Below, in pieces: positions 62,583 through 64,000 of a stretch of 64,000 nucleotides of DNA (position 1 is its first letter; every line of letters begins with the position of its first letter). A program made the position numbers and the translations under genes. The notes beneath the pieces are model-generated. The model was not told where the DNA came from, ran no database searches, and saw only the letters and a program-made list of their open reading frames with translations. The DNA comes from Betaproteobacteria bacterium RIFCSPLOWO2_12_FULL_68_20 (lineage in GTDB: Bacteria > Pseudomonadota > Gammaproteobacteria > Burkholderiales > SG8-39), in NCBI GenBank assembly GCA_001770655.1, contig MERQ01000020.1, forward strand, positions 4,272 through 68,271, read 5' to 3'.

Positions 62583-64000
62583 TGGGCGCCGCCCCCACGG
62601 TTTCGCAGACGCGGCTCGGGCCGGCCGAGAGCGTGGACGAGATGCTGCGGTCACGCTGCGCGGAAAACCCAGACAAGGTCATGTTCCGGAGCATCGAGCA
62701 GGGAAGTGCGATCACCTACCGGCAAATGCTGGACGTGACCGCTCAACTCGGCCGGCTGTTCGACGACCTGGGTCTCAGGGCCAACGACCGGGTGGCTGTC
62801 CTTGGAGAGAACTCGCTGGAGTTCCTGATCATCGCGCTGGCGGCGATGCGCTACGGGGCCACGTTCTGCCCGCTCAATCCCGAATACCTGGACGGGGAAA
62901 TCGAGAAGCTGCTCGCTCGCGCGCGCCCGAAAGCGACTTTTTGCCATCGCAGCCAGGCCGGCCGCGAGATCGGTGGCGCGCACGGGCAACTGTTCTATTA
63001 CGAGGACTGGCGCTCCGCCGCGCAAGCAGAAGCGCGTCCGGCCGCGGACCCCGACCTGTTTGCGGCGATCGCGAAGTACCCGGTCGACCGCCCGCCGGTG
63101 CCGGTATCGACCGGCGACAGCGCCGGGCTGATCTTTCACACCTCGGGAACCGAGGGCGAGCCGAAAGGCATCGTCCACTCGTCCCGCGGCTTCCTGACCA
63201 ACGCGCAGAACGCGGTGGCGATTTTCGAAATAGGCCCGCAAGACGTGCTGCTCGAGTACCGTCCCTACAGTTGGGCGGCGCCGTTCTGCTTCGGGTGCCT
63301 GACGCTGCTGTTCTCGGGGGCGACGGTCGTCTTCGCCAAGAAATTTTCGCGCAGCCGATTCTTCGATTGGATCAGGGATTACCGGGTCACCGTCGTCGGC
63401 GGCATCCCGGCGGTCTTCAACGCGCTGTTGAGCGCCGGGGAGCGGGTGAAGAGGTCCGACATTCCGTGGCTGAGATTCATCACCAGCAGCACTGCGCCGC
63501 TGCCGGCCTCGCAGCAAAAAAGATTCGTCGAGACCTACGACATCCCGATCGTCACACTGTACGGAGCGACCGAAGGCGGCTGGATGGCGTTTACGCCCCC
63601 CTCCAGCCCGAGGATCGGGAGCGTCGGTAAGCCGGCGGCATGTGCCGAGATGCGGATCGTGGACGAAGCGGGCAAGGCACTGCCGGCGGGAACGGTCGGG
63701 GAAATCGAGGTCGGAGGGGTGCAGCGCGCGATCGGATACCTGCTTCCCGACGGCAGCGTGCAGCCGTACTCGTCGGGGCGAATCCGCATCGGCGACCTCG
63801 GCGTCATCGACGCGGACGGATACCTCTACATCACCGGGCGCAAGAAGGACCTGATCATCCGGGGCGGCGAGAACGTCGCGCCTGCCGAGATTGACAACGT
63901 GCTGCTATCGCATCCCGACATCGCCGACGGTGCCGCTCTCGGCGTGCCCGATCCGATCTATGGCGAAGAAGTCGTGTGCTTCGTCGTTCCCAAGGAAGGG
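62582..64000 (+). CDS. AMP-dependent acyl-CoA ligase (partial, runs off the right edge)
   Basis: The ATG overlaps the UbiD stop and the frame is open to the window end. Motifs IFHTSGTEGEPKG, LYGATEG and GDLG..D.DGYLYITGRKKDLIIRGGEN. Absent from the ORF track, presumably because it has no stop in the window. Confidence 0.88.
   Translation, partial: MGAAPTVSQTRLGPAESVDEMLRSRCAENPDKVMFRSIEQGSAITYRQMLDVTAQLGRLFDDLGLRANDRVAVLGENSLEFLIIALAAMRYGATFCPLNPEYLDGEIEKLLARARPKATFCHRSQAGREIGGAHGQLFYYEDWRSAAQAEARPAADPDLFAAIAKYPVDRPPVPVSTGDSAGLIFHTSGTEGEPKGIVHSSRGFLTNAQNAVAIFEIGPQDVLLEYRPYSWAAPFCFGCLTLLFSGATVVFAKKFSRSRFFDWIRDYRVTVVGGIPAVFNALLSAGERVKRSDIPWLRFITSSTAPLPASQQKRFVETYDIPIVTLYGATEGGWMAFTPPSSPRIGSVGKPAACAEMRIVDEAGKALPAGTVGEIEVGGVQRAIGYLLPDGSVQPYSSGRIRIGDLGVIDADGYLYITGRKKDLIIRGGENVAPAEIDNVLLSHPDIADGAALGVPDPIYGEEVVCFVVPKEG

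Overview
This is a high-GC betaproteobacterial chromosomal window; the tmRNA tag ANDERFALAA and the gyrA-serC-serA-pheA-hisC-tyrA-aroA-cmk-rpsA-ihfB-lapAB-ugd-rfaE1-rfaD-cysM gene order support that assignment. Left to right: (1) 1-5.2 kb, an accessory block at the 3' end of tRNA-Ser(UGA) with an HlyB-type type I secretion ABC transporter and two divergent paralogous exported proteins; (2) 5.4-31 kb, core housekeeping genes, interrupted by an antisense vapBC-type toxin-antitoxin pair and carrying a duplicated ompA-like gene; (3) 31.1-32.3 kb, the strongest finding: the tmRNA gene (ssrA) is split in its T-loop by a structurally complete 265-nt group I intron, and a free-standing single-motif LAGLIDADG homing endonuclease gene lies directly behind it, outside the intron; (4) 32.4-45.2 kb, a sulfoacetate/sulfoacetaldehyde catabolic cluster whose IclR regulator has an internal deletion; (5) 45.2-51.5 kb, an exported TPR-CHAT protease, a CHASE2 adenylate cyclase and an exported partner protein; (6) 51.6-64 kb, a mosaic acyl-CoA/aromatic catabolic region with a truncated glutaryl-CoA dehydrogenase, pieces of a Na+-pumping glutaconyl-CoA decarboxylase, arsR-arsM, and a phthaloyl-CoA-decarboxylase-like UbiD with a CoA ligase. 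All calls come from motif recognition by eye; no database searches or folding programs were run, and several start codons are best guesses.
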